From NCBI GenBank assembly GCA_048538235.1, contig JBLYPX010000001.1:136013-200012 (forward strand): DNA of 64,000 bases, written 5' to 3'. This document shows positions 8,926-17,903 of this stretch, one piece after another. Within the stretch, counting starts at the first letter, position 1, and the number at the start of each line of letters is the position of its first letter. The stretch is from Candidatus Komeilibacteria bacterium (GTDB taxonomy: Bacteria; Patescibacteriota; Patescibacteriia; UBA1558). Position numbers and translations under genes: made by a program. Under the pieces are notes generated by a model. It saw nothing but the letters and a program-made list of their open reading frames with translations, did no database searches and was not told the origin of the DNA.

Positions 8926-9177
8926 GGGTGCGTAGCTCAGTTGGTAGAGCGCTTCATTGAAGTCTGAAAGGTTTTTTTCCGATCGAATATTCTGCAACGC
9001 TATTTAGACATGTGTGTGTAGCTCAACATCTTGACCAGAGCAGCAGTTTCCAAAAACTGTAGTACGCAGGGTAGAGGCCTGCCACATACGTTGGCTGAAA
9101 AGTTGAATAGTTCGTTTAGGAAGAAGGTATAACCTTAGGATGTGAAGTGGTCGCTGGTTCGAATCCGGTCGCACCCA
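8926..9177 (+). tRNA. Interrupted tRNA-Phe(GAA) with a 179-nt intervening sequence (8964-9142) at the junction of anticodon-loop position 38 and stem position 39
   Basis: The 5' half (8926-8963) folds as canonical positions 1-38: acceptor GGGTGCG, D-arm GCTC-AGTTGGTA-GAGC, anticodon stem CTTCA and loop TTGAAGT. The 3' half (9143-9177) supplies TGAAG, TGGTC, T-arm GCTGG-TTCGAAT-CCGGT, acceptor CGCACCC and discriminator A. The 5' exon ends in U and the insert ends in G. Confidence 0.6.
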
Positions 9178-9192
9178 CAATGTATTAAAAAG

Positions 9193-9269
9193 GCGAGTGT
9201 AGCTCAGCTGGGAGAGCGTCTAGTTAAGCTCAAACTAGGAGGTCGGTGGTTCGAGTCCGCTCACTCGCT
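9193..9269 (+). tRNA. tRNA-like gene with an atypical extended anticodon arm (21 nt instead of 17); identity unresolved
   Basis: Perfect acceptor GCGAGTG/CACTCGC, D-arm GCTC/GAGC and T-arm GGTGG-TTCGAGT-CCGCT. The anticodon region TCTAGTT-AAGCTCA-AACTAGG folds as a 7-bp stem with a 7-nt loop lacking U33, or as a 5-bp stem with an 11-nt loop. Confidence 0.45.
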
Positions 9270-9289
9270 CAATGTTTGTTCTATTAACA

Positions 9290-9361
9290 GTGGGCGTAGC
9301 TCAATGGTAGAGCGTCAGCTTGGTAAGCTGAAGGTTGGCGGTTCAACCCCGTCCGCCCGCT
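9290..9361 (+). tRNA. tRNA-Thr(GGT)
   Basis: Acceptor GTGGGCG/CGCCCGC, D-arm GCTC-AATGGTA-GAGC, anticodon arm TCAGC-TTGGTAA-GCTGA, T-arm GGCGG-TTCAACC-CCGTC. No encoded CCA. Confidence 0.75.
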
Positions 9362-9366
9362 CAAAT

Positions 9367-9440
9367 CGGGAGATGGAGCAGCTTGGTAGCTCGCTGGGCT
9401 CATAACCCAGAGGTCGTTGGTTCAAATCCAACTCTCCCTA
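9367..9440 (+). tRNA. tRNA-Met(CAT), initiator-type
   Basis: Anticodon arm CTGGG-CTCATAA-CCCAG, giving three G-C pairs at positions 29-31:39-41. Unpaired 1:72 (C1/U72), A73. T-arm GTTGG-TTCAAAT-CCAAC. Confidence 0.7.
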
Positions 9441-9488
9441 CAATGAAGAGATGGTGTTAAACACTATCTCTTTTCATTTTAAATCTAA

Positions 9489-10607
9489 ATGGATTATAAT
9501 GTAGATATGAAAAAGTATATATTATTATTTTTACTTTTAATTCTGCCAACCATTGCGAATGCAACACCTGTTGCAGACGAAAGTTTTGATTCTGACATAT
9601 TCAAAGCAGAAGTTGTTAGTGTTATAGAGGAAGATGTTAAAGACGTTGGAGACGGTTTTTCTTTAATACAGCAAGAAATTTTATTAATTGGTTTAGAAGG
9701 TGATTGGCTTGGAAAAGAATTTAAGGTTAATACTATAAATGACATTGAAGTTTTGGCGTCAAAGCGGTATGGGGTGGGGGATAAAGTATTGGTAAATCAT
9801 AGTATTGATTACGAAGGAGAGGATAGTTTTTATATTATAGATAATATTAGGTTTAATGCATTATCATTAATTTTTTTATTGTTTATTGTAGCAATTATAG
9901 TTGTGGGCAGGTGGAAGGGTTTAAGGTCTATTATATCTTTAGTGTTTAGTTTTTTAGTAATTTTTTATTTTATTATTCCGAATATTTTTAACGGTTATAA
10001 TCCTGTTGTTATTGCCCTCGTTGGCGGTTTAATAATGACACCCCTTATTGTATATTTTACAGAGGGGCTGAATAACAGGTCGCATGCAGCAGTTATAAGC
10101 ATATATGCTAGCTTGTTTGTCACGGGTATTTTATCTTGGTTCTTTATTAAGATTAGTCACCTTGTAGGTATTAGTGAAGAGATGATGTTTTTGGTTGGTA
10201 GTAGTCATGTAGTTGATTTTAGGGGCTTGTTATTAGCTGGGATGATAATTGGATCTTTAGGTGTCTTAGATGATTTAGTTGTTAGTCAAATTAGTGCAGT
10301 GGAAGAAATGTCATCGCTGGATAAAAAAATGAATAATAAAGAATTGTATAATAAAGCAAGTAGGGTCGGTGTCTCACATTTAGGATCTATGACAAATACT
10401 TTGTTTCTAGCATATGCTGGTGTAAGTTTGCCCTTACTGCTCTTGTTTTATATTAAACAGCCTCCGTTTATGACTGTGGGGGAAGTTATAAATTCGGAGT
10501 TAATTGCAACGGAAATAATTAGAACTCTAGTTGGTAGTATTGGATTAATATTAGCCATGCCTATATCAACTATATTAGCAATTAAATTTTTTAGGAGAAA
10601 TGATTAA
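9489..10607 (+). CDS. YibE/F-like polytopic membrane protein
   Basis: Signal/TM segment, then an extracytoplasmic region of about 100 aa, then 7-8 TM helices. The architecture matches the YibE/F family. Start could instead be M at 9507. Confidence 0.4.
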   Translation: MDYNVDMKKYILLFLLLILPTIANATPVADESFDSDIFKAEVVSVIEEDVKDVGDGFSLIQQEILLIGLEGDWLGKEFKVNTINDIEVLASKRYGVGDKVLVNHSIDYEGEDSFYIIDNIRFNALSLIFLLFIVAIIVVGRWKGLRSIISLVFSFLVIFYFIIPNIFNGYNPVVIALVGGLIMTPLIVYFTEGLNNRSHAAVISIYASLFVTGILSWFFIKISHLVGISEEMMFLVGSSHVVDFRGLLLAGMIIGSLGVLDDLVVSQISAVEEMSSLDKKMNNKELYNKASRVGVSHLGSMTNTLFLAYAGVSLPLLLLFYIKQPPFMTVGEVINSELIATEIIRTLVGSIGLILAMPISTILAIKFFRRND

Positions 10608-10962
10608 TTTAGCTGGAATAAAAAACATTGCTGTGGTTGGAGCCTCTGCTAATCCAGATAAGTTTGGTAATAAAATAGTAGCTAATTTAAAGGCTAGGGG
10701 ATTTAATGTTTATCCAGTTAATCCTAAGTCTGAAATAATTTTGGGTTTAAGAACGTATAATGGTATAGAGGAATTACCAAGAGAGGTAGAATTATTAGAT
10801 ATTGTGACGCCCCCACTTATTACTTTGAAAATTTTGCAAGCTGCAAAAGAATTAGGTTTTAATAAGGTTTGGATACAACCAGGTGCTGAATCTGAAGAAG
10901 TATTAGAATATTTAAAGAAGAATAACTTTGATTATATAGCTCAAGCCTGCATAATGGTTTAA
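10600..10962 (+). CDS. CoA-binding domain protein (YccU/YneT-like)
   Basis: 'IAVVGASANPDKFGNKIV' Rossmann-like CoA-binding motif. Length about 120 aa. Confidence 0.65.
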   Translation: MINLAGIKNIAVVGASANPDKFGNKIVANLKARGFNVYPVNPKSEIILGLRTYNGIEELPREVELLDIVTPPLITLKILQAAKELGFNKVWIQPGAESEEVLEYLKKNNFDYIAQACIMV

Positions 10963-11039
10963 GTGAATTTTCCACAAAAAAGCAGATGTTTACCTGTTTT
11001 TTTATTTGCTATATAATAATAACCACTTGTGTATAAAAA

Positions 11040-11975
11040 ATGATAAAAATTAAAGATTTAACAAAGAAATATGGTGATCTGGCTGCTGTAGACAATATCT
11101 CCCTAGAAATCAAAGAGGGGGAGATTTTAGGCTTTCTAGGGCCTAATGGTGCTGGTAAGACAACCACTATGAAGATATTAACTGGCTTTATGGCTCCAAC
11201 CACAGGTTCTGTTGAATTTGATAACTTAGATATTATTGAAGATAGTATTGCTATTCGTGAAAAGATTGGTTATTTACCAGAGAATAATCCTTTGTATGAA
11301 GATATGAAGGTGTATGAGTATTTAGCTTTTATGGGAAGAGTTCGTGGTATGAAAAGAGATAGATTGTTAAAGAGAATGAAGGAGATGATTAAATTAGCAG
11401 GACTTGAGGCGGTTTTGAAAAAACCAATTATGGAATTGTCTAAAGGTTATAGACAACGTGTTGGGCTTGCTCAAGCTATGCTTCACGATCCAGAGATATT
11501 AATACTTGATGAACCTACATCTGGTCTTGATCCTAATCAAATTGTTGAAATTAGAAGTTTAATTAAAAAGTTAGGTGAGCAAAAGACTGTTGTTTTATGT
11601 TCACATATTATGCAAGAAGTACAAGCTACTTGTGATAGGGTGATTATTATTAGTAATGGTAAAATTGTTGGACAGGGAACGCCTGACGAATTAACAGCTG
11701 GTGCTACTGGTAATGATTCTATGTATGTAAAGATTAAAGGTAATAAAGATTCTGTTTTAGAAAAAGTTGGTAAGTTGGAAAATGTGTTAAATATTACTTT
11801 GGCAGATAAAGAGTCAGAAGATATTAGAGGTTACAAGCTTTCTATTACAGCTGGAGGAGATATACGTGAAGAGTTATTTAAACTAGCAATAGATAATAAT
11901 TGGTCAATATTGGAGTCAAAGAAAGAGGCTGCATCTTTAGAAGATGTATTTAGAAAATTAACTAAGAATGAATAA
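11040..11975 (+). CDS. ABC transporter ATP-binding protein (ABC-2 type, GldA-like)
   Basis: Walker A GPNGAGKTT, ABC signature LSKGYRQRV and Walker B ILILDEP. Confidence 0.88.
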   Translation: MIKIKDLTKKYGDLAAVDNISLEIKEGEILGFLGPNGAGKTTTMKILTGFMAPTTGSVEFDNLDIIEDSIAIREKIGYLPENNPLYEDMKVYEYLAFMGRVRGMKRDRLLKRMKEMIKLAGLEAVLKKPIMELSKGYRQRVGLAQAMLHDPEILILDEPTSGLDPNQIVEIRSLIKKLGEQKTVVLCSHIMQEVQATCDRVIIISNGKIVGQGTPDELTAGATGNDSMYVKIKGNKDSVLEKVGKLENVLNITLADKESEDIRGYKLSITAGGDIREELFKLAIDNNWSILESKKEAASLEDVFRKLTKNE

Positions 11976-12697
11976 TGAGGTGGCAGACTATAAAATCTAT
12001 ATTTAAGAAAGAGTTTATTAGCTATTTTAATTCGCCAATAGCCTATATATTTATTGGTGTGTTTTTAATTGTTTCAATGTGGCTTTTCTTTCAAGATTTC
12101 TTTTTGATGGGACAAGCTACTATGCGTGGTTATCTTTCATTGTTACCATGGATATTTTTATTCTTAACACCAGCTATTACCATGAGACTTTGGTCTGAAG
12201 AAAAAAGATCAGGTACTATTGAAATATTATTAACCTTACCAGTTAAAGATAGTGAAGTGGTGTTGGGTAAGTTTTTATCTAGCTTAGCATTTTTAGCAGT
12301 TAATTTATTATTATCTTTAACATTGCCTATTACTATAGCTATCTTAGGTTCACTTGATTTAGGACCAGTAATTGGTGGTTATCTAGGAGCTTTATTCCTG
12401 GGCGCTGCTTATTTAGCATTGGGTCTATATATTTCATCTTTAACTAGAAACCAAATAGTTGCTTTCTTACTCGCTGTTGTTGCTAGTTTTATATTCTTCA
12501 TCATTGGTAGCAATATGGTAGTAGATAGTGTTAGCTTGTGGTTGGCTAAACTTTTAAGCTTTATTGGCCTTGGTTCACACTTTGCTAATATTGCTAAAGG
12601 AGTACTTGATTCAAGAGATATTATATATTATGTAACCTTTATTGCTTTTTTCCTATTTTTAAATATTCGAGCATTGTCAGCTAGACATTGGAAATAA
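11975..12697 (+). CDS. ABC-2 family permease
   Basis: Six predicted TM helices. Translationally coupled to the ATPase (stop/start overlap). Confidence 0.7.
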   Translation: MRWQTIKSIFKKEFISYFNSPIAYIFIGVFLIVSMWLFFQDFFLMGQATMRGYLSLLPWIFLFLTPAITMRLWSEEKRSGTIEILLTLPVKDSEVVLGKFLSSLAFLAVNLLLSLTLPITIAILGSLDLGPVIGGYLGALFLGAAYLALGLYISSLTRNQIVAFLLAVVASFIFFIIGSNMVVDSVSLWLAKLLSFIGLGSHFANIAKGVLDSRDIIYYVTFIAFFLFLNIRALSARHWK

Positions 12698-12698
12698 T

Positions 12699-14273
12699 AT
12701 GAAGTTTAATAAAAAACAATTCTATAGAGCTAGTAATACGATGCAGATTATAATTGTATTAGGTATTCTAATTGTAGTTAATGTTTTGTCTGTCTTTTTA
12801 AATGTTCGTTTAGATATGACTGAGGGTAAAGATTTTTCTATCTCTAAAACTACAAAAGATATTGTAAAGAATTTAGATGATATTGTTACAGTCAATGCAT
12901 ATTTTACAAAAGATTTACCGGGTAGACTTATTCCTTTAAGGCAGCAGGTGGAAGATATATTAGATGAGTATACAAATTATTCAAATAATAAAATAAACGT
13001 TAATTTTATTGATCCAGCTGGAGATCAAGATTTAGAGCAAGAAGTTATGAGTTTGGGTATTCCACCTTTACAGTTTTCTACTGTAGAGCAGGATAAGTAT
13101 GAGGTTGCTAGTGGTTATCTAGGTATGGCTATTTTATTTGAAGATAAAAAAGAAATTATTCCAGTTGTTGAAAATACTTTAACGTTAGAATATGAGTTAA
13201 CTAATGCTATAAAAAAGGTTACTAGTGATGAAAAGTTGACAGTAGCTTTTGCTACAGGTCATGGTGAATGGTCTAAAGATACAGATTATACTGCAGTAGC
13301 AGAATATTTAGCAAAACAATATGATGTCGTTGAACAAGATTTAAGTAGTGGAGAGTTTGTTGCAGATAATATTAAAACATTAATTATTGCTGGACCAAAA
13401 ACTTCATTTACAGATCAAGATTTATACATAATAGATCAATTCGTAATGAGAGGTGGTAGTGTCCTAGCACTACTTGATGGTACAGAGTTGGGAGATAATT
13501 TACAGGTTACACCATTAAGAACAGGACTTGAAAATTTGTTACAAAACTATGGTATGAAAGTTAATACAGATTTAGTATTGGATGTTTCTAATGGCATGGC
13601 TAGTTTTTCATCTGGCTATGTTCAATTTATGACACAGTATCCATTTTTTGTTAAATCAGTTAGTAAATATATGAATCCAGATTCTGTCTTGGTAAATCGT
13701 TTAGAGTCAGTTATGTTCCCTTGGGTAAGTTCAGTTGAGGTAATGAGTGATTCAAGCGAAACAACTTCTGTTTTTGATCTTGTTAGAACAACTGAACAAG
13801 CTTGGGATCAGGCAGAGAACTATAATTTAGATCCACAACAAAGATTTTCTGCTCCAGATGCAGAAAGATCTCAATATACTTTAGCTGCTGCAAAGTTTGG
13901 TGCTTTTAGTAGCTATTTTAGTAGTAGGGATGTTCCTGTAATAGAAGATCAGTCTATAGAAAATATTTCTAGTAGTGCAGATTCAAGATTAATAGTAGTT
14001 GGTGATGCAGACTTTGCTAAGGATTCTTTCTTAAGACAGAATTCAGAGAATTTAGTTTTCTTCTCTAACTTAGTAGATGGATTATCTCAAGATATGGATT
14101 TAATAATGATTAGATCTAAATCTGTAACAGATAGGCCATTAAAGGAATTATCTTTTGCTATGAAGCAATTAGTTAAATATATCAATATATTATTACCAAC
14201 TCTAATAGTAGTAATATATGGATTTATTAGATCATATATTCGCAGAAAGGAAGCAAGTAGAGATGTTATCTAA
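12699..14273 (+). CDS. GldG-like ABC-transport auxiliary protein (N- and C-terminal TM anchors, large extracytoplasmic domain)
   Basis: Immediately follows the ABC-2 permease. Bitopic architecture and a size of about 520 aa are typical of the GldG family. Confidence 0.55.
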   Translation: MKFNKKQFYRASNTMQIIIVLGILIVVNVLSVFLNVRLDMTEGKDFSISKTTKDIVKNLDDIVTVNAYFTKDLPGRLIPLRQQVEDILDEYTNYSNNKINVNFIDPAGDQDLEQEVMSLGIPPLQFSTVEQDKYEVASGYLGMAILFEDKKEIIPVVENTLTLEYELTNAIKKVTSDEKLTVAFATGHGEWSKDTDYTAVAEYLAKQYDVVEQDLSSGEFVADNIKTLIIAGPKTSFTDQDLYIIDQFVMRGGSVLALLDGTELGDNLQVTPLRTGLENLLQNYGMKVNTDLVLDVSNGMASFSSGYVQFMTQYPFFVKSVSKYMNPDSVLVNRLESVMFPWVSSVEVMSDSSETTSVFDLVRTTEQAWDQAENYNLDPQQRFSAPDAERSQYTLAAAKFGAFSSYFSSRDVPVIEDQSIENISSSADSRLIVVGDADFAKDSFLRQNSENLVFFSNLVDGLSQDMDLIMIRSKSVTDRPLKELSFAMKQLVKYINILLPTLIVVIYGFIRSYIRRKEASRDVI

Positions 14274-15183
14274 AATAGATAAAAAAAAGAATGTTGTTAA
14301 AACCAATATTATTTTAGGAGCAGTATTGGTTGTTTTAATTATAGTCGTTAGTATTGTTATGCTATTTGTTAATTTATCTGGATCAGATAAATCATTAAGT
14401 GGTTTAGATAAAAAAGTAGATAGTATTGAAATAACCAACAGTGAAGAAACAAATATTCTATTATTACAATCTGGACAATGGGTATTAGGTAATTATAACA
14501 ACCAGCCAGTGAAGCAAGAAAACGTTATAGATATATTTTCAACTTTAAACACATTAGAAATTGGTAATATTGTTTCCAGTAATCCAGATAAGCAATCTGT
14601 TTACCAAGTAGATGATAGTGGTATCAAGGTCGTGATGAAAAATGGAGATAAGGTTGTTGAAGAGTTTGTTGTCGGTAAGAATGGTCCGTCATGGCCAAGT
14701 TCATATATTCGTTTCTCAGGAAATAACGATGTATATCTAGTACGTCAAATGTTACCACAAATCTTTGGTCTCAAAGAATGGAGAGAACTTACCATTGCTC
14801 AAATTAATAGTGGTTTAATTAAGGGGTTAAAATGGAGTAATGGTTTAGAGGTTGTTAAGGAGGATACGGGTTGGAAAGTTGTTAATCCAGAAGAATTTGT
14901 AGTTGATGAAACTAAATTAAAATCAGTTTTAGATAATCTAAGTAATTTAGAAGCAATAGATATTGCAGATATTAGGGCTTGGGATTTAAATGGTCAGGAT
15001 GCAGATTTTATTTTAGAGGTTGTAACAGATGGTGTTAATTATAAGATTGCATATTACAGACACGATAGAGAAGAAGGAGATTATGATTATTACACAGTTA
15101 AAGAAGGGGATGATAATGTTTATGTTCTAACAAAATATATTGCTGAGAATATGAATAAAGAGGTTAAATTCTTAAAAGATTAG
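14263..15183 (+). CDS. DUF4340-like protein, N-terminal TM anchor
   Basis: Start ATG 14263 with AAGGAAG SD. Single TM, then a beta-rich domain. This family commonly follows gldG-like genes. Confidence 0.4.
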   Translation: MLSKIDKKKNVVKTNIILGAVLVVLIIVVSIVMLFVNLSGSDKSLSGLDKKVDSIEITNSEETNILLLQSGQWVLGNYNNQPVKQENVIDIFSTLNTLEIGNIVSSNPDKQSVYQVDDSGIKVVMKNGDKVVEEFVVGKNGPSWPSSYIRFSGNNDVYLVRQMLPQIFGLKEWRELTIAQINSGLIKGLKWSNGLEVVKEDTGWKVVNPEEFVVDETKLKSVLDNLSNLEAIDIADIRAWDLNGQDADFILEVVTDGVNYKIAYYRHDREEGDYDYYTVKEGDDNVYVLTKYIAENMNKEVKFLKD

Positions 15184-15210
15184 TTTGTTTATATATTATA
15201 ATTAATTAAT

Positions 15211-15233
15211 CGGGGTTACCCGGTTTTTTTATT
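15211..15233 (+). terminator. Rho-independent terminator
   Basis: CGGGGTTACCCGG hairpin followed by TTTTTTT. Confidence 0.5.
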
Positions 15234-15266
15234 GACTTTTACCGTATAATATATTAATTTGAAGTT

Positions 15267-17093
15267 ATGTTTAGCTTTAGAAAAAAGAAGAAAAGTAATA
15301 AATTAACAATCATGCTAGGAATAGTTGTTGTTCTATTTGTTTTGCTTTTCTATAGCTTGTGGACATTGCGTTATGTGGTGTGGCAATTAGATGATTTGGG
15401 TGATGTAGTTGTTTCAATGGCTGAAGATTTTAATGAAACAAGCCCAGAGCTTAAGTCTGAGAAATTAATGGTTGCCATGGCCATTATTGAAGACATTCAG
15501 GGTCAGTTAGATAGACTAAGATTTGTTCGCTTAGCTCCTGTTTTAAGGGGAATGTATTATGATATACAAGATAGTTTTGATCAGGTTGGACAGATATTTT
15601 TCTACCTTAATAAATTAAATACAGAATTAGCAGATGTATATGGAGATAAATTATCTGAAAAAACATTAGCTTCATATTTTTTACAAGTAGATGAGGAAGA
15701 GTTAAATAATAAGATAAAAAGCATATCTTCAATACTTACCAATATGGAAGATAATTTAACTGTTCTAAGTAAGGATGTAGATAGTTTAAGTAACACGTGG
15801 TTATTAAAGTCTCAGAAAGAAACAATGTTAAAAATGAGTTCTGGAGTAAATGAATTTGCATCTATATTAAGTAAGGTTAATGAGCTAATTGATATCGCGC
15901 CCGAGCTATTAGGTTATCCAGATGAAATGAATTATCTATTACTATTACAGAACAACCATGAAATGAGAGCAACTGGAGGATTTATTGGTAATTATGGAAT
16001 TCTAACAGTGCACAATGGACGTGTTAAAAATATTTTTATAGACGATATTTATCATTTGGACAGTGAAATAATAGGTGAGTTAGAAATTGAACCACCATCA
16101 CCTATACGAGAATATTTAAATGTTAAGTATTGGTATATGCGAGATAGTAACTGGTCTCCAGATTTTCCAACCGCTGCCAGAAAAGCTATTGAGTTCTATA
16201 ATCTAGAAGGTGGTAGTGAAACTATTGATGGTGTAATGGCAATATCACCAGATGTTATTAGCGATTTACTTGATGTTACGGGAGACATATTAATTTCAGA
16301 TGTTCTATATGAATCAGATAATTTTACAAATATATTACAGTATGAGGTAGAACAAAATTATGAGGCTAGAGGTGTAAGTCATTGGGATCGTAAAGACATT
16401 ATTTCAGACATTGCTAATACTATGATTGAGAATTTATCTAGCTTGCCTTTAGAAAAAATATTTAAAATTGTAGATGTAATATACGATAATTTGGATAGTA
16501 AAGATATACAGATATATTCTTTAGCAAATGATACTCAAAAATATTTAAATGAAAAGAATTGGTCTGGTAGATTAATATCTACAGATAAAGATTATCTAAT
16601 GGTGGTAGATAGTAATATGGCAGCGTATAAAACAAATCAGTATGTAGACAGATCTATAGACTATTATGTGCAGAAAGTAAAAAATCCTGTTGGTGAAGAT
16701 TATGCTATAGCTACAGTTAAAATTAAATATGATCATTCGGGAGATTTTTCTTGGGATACAACCAGATACAGAACATACACCAGAATATATGTGCCGAAAG
16801 GATCTATTTTAATTTCTTGGGATGGAGCTATGGCTGATGATAGAACAACAGAACCTGGGAATATAGATATATCTCAAGAACAAGATAAAACAGTATATGG
16901 AACATTTATTGCTATTGAGCCTGGTGAAACGGGTGAGCTAACTATGCAGTATAGATTACCAGATAGTGTATTAAAAAATTATACTTTCACTTACCAAAGA
17001 CAATCTGGTATGGAAGATAATTTATCTACTTCTTTATTTAATAGGAAGTCATCACATATGCCTGTTGAGTCAGATATTGAGATTAGATTATAA
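15267..17093 (+). CDS. Hypothetical envelope protein, DUF4012-like; N-terminal TM, then a large extracytoplasmic domain
   Basis: N-terminal hydrophobic helix. Conserved 'EMRATGGFIGNYG' block, which I recall from DUF4012 proteins. Confidence 0.4.
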   Translation: MFSFRKKKKSNKLTIMLGIVVVLFVLLFYSLWTLRYVVWQLDDLGDVVVSMAEDFNETSPELKSEKLMVAMAIIEDIQGQLDRLRFVRLAPVLRGMYYDIQDSFDQVGQIFFYLNKLNTELADVYGDKLSEKTLASYFLQVDEEELNNKIKSISSILTNMEDNLTVLSKDVDSLSNTWLLKSQKETMLKMSSGVNEFASILSKVNELIDIAPELLGYPDEMNYLLLLQNNHEMRATGGFIGNYGILTVHNGRVKNIFIDDIYHLDSEIIGELEIEPPSPIREYLNVKYWYMRDSNWSPDFPTAARKAIEFYNLEGGSETIDGVMAISPDVISDLLDVTGDILISDVLYESDNFTNILQYEVEQNYEARGVSHWDRKDIISDIANTMIENLSSLPLEKIFKIVDVIYDNLDSKDIQIYSLANDTQKYLNEKNWSGRLISTDKDYLMVVDSNMAAYKTNQYVDRSIDYYVQKVKNPVGEDYAIATVKIKYDHSGDFSWDTTRYRTYTRIYVPKGSILISWDGAMADDRTTEPGNIDISQEQDKTVYGTFIAIEPGETGELTMQYRLPDSVLKNYTFTYQRQSGMEDNLSTSLFNRKSSHMPVESDIEIRL

Positions 17094-17170
17094 TCTTTGA
17101 TTAACTCTTGACAAAAACGTAATAATAGTGTTAATATAATCCTTCAGATTATAAGTTTTTTAGTATTATT

Positions 17171-17863
17171 ATGATATATATAAAAAGGCTAAGATTACAC
17201 AAAAATTTAATATATAAAATAACCTTATCCATTATTGTGGTTACGGTTGTGATTTCACTATTCATGCCCCAGCAATACCGTGCTCAGGCTAAGCTATTGG
17301 TAATTCAACATCAATCACAATCTTTAGATGCATATCTTGCGGCCAAGTCAGCAGAAAAGGTTGGTAAAGTCTTATCTGAAGTTGTGTATAGTAGTTCTTT
17401 TTTTGATGAAGTTTGGCAAGCAGGATTCAATATTGGAACAGACTGGGGAGAGACCCCCAGAGATAGACGTAAGATATGGAAAAAAAGAGTCAGTTTAAAT
17501 CCTATACCGCAAACATCTTTAATTGAAATTAATACTTATCATACAGATAGAGTTAGTGTTGAACAACTAGCTCAGGCAATGATTTATGTATTAGTTGAAA
17601 GAGGTTCGCAATATCATGGTGGTGGCGATCAGGTTCAAATAAAATTAGTCGACAAACCGATTGTATCAAATTATCCGGTTAGACCGAATTTGTTACTTAA
17701 TGCCCTAGCTGCATTATTAATTGGTTTGGTGATTAGTTTCATATATGTTTATCTGAAACCAGATAAAGATAATATGAAAGTGGATGATAATTCTACATAC
17801 ACACCAGAAGGTGGTATGGTAGAAGAGATTCGTTCAAACAGTTATCTAACACCAAAGCGGTAA
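17171..17863 (+). CDS. Wzz-like polysaccharide chain-length determinant (short form)
   Basis: TM1, then a 'QYRAQAKLLV' Wzz-type motif, a periplasmic domain and a C-terminal TM2 (LLNALAALLIGLVISFIYVYL). Confidence 0.55.
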   Translation: MIYIKRLRLHKNLIYKITLSIIVVTVVISLFMPQQYRAQAKLLVIQHQSQSLDAYLAAKSAEKVGKVLSEVVYSSSFFDEVWQAGFNIGTDWGETPRDRRKIWKKRVSLNPIPQTSLIEINTYHTDRVSVEQLAQAMIYVLVERGSQYHGGGDQVQIKLVDKPIVSNYPVRPNLLLNALAALLIGLVISFIYVYLKPDKDNMKVDDNSTYTPEGGMVEEIRSNSYLTPKR

Positions 17864-17903
17864 TTTAAACACGATCGTTGAAAACAAAATAAGGGGAGTT
17901 AAC

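Noticed and set aside
7645-8997. Long version of the GT4 ORF extending to 8997
   Set aside because: The extension would overlap the tRNA-operon promoter and the first tRNA 5' end. The internal ATG at 8812-8814 has an SD and begins the conserved GT4 N-terminus, so the shorter CDS was used.
8964-9142. Confident classification of the tRNA intervening sequence as a group I intron
   Set aside because: The splice-site nucleotides (U|...G|) are compatible, but the insert is only 179 nt. I could not identify P1/IGS or P7 G-site pairings by eye, so it is reported as an intron candidate of unknown class.
9142-9405. 87-aa plus-strand ORF spanning the tRNA cluster
   Set aside because: Its translation ('SVAQLGERLVKLKLGGRWFESA...') is simply tRNA stems read as codons. 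It overlaps three tRNA genes.
15232-15250. TTGACT ... TATAAT pair upstream of the 15267 gene
   Set aside because: The two hexamers are only 7 nt apart, which is incompatible with a sigma-70 promoter. Only the -10-like TATAAT, 17 nt before the ATG, might be real.
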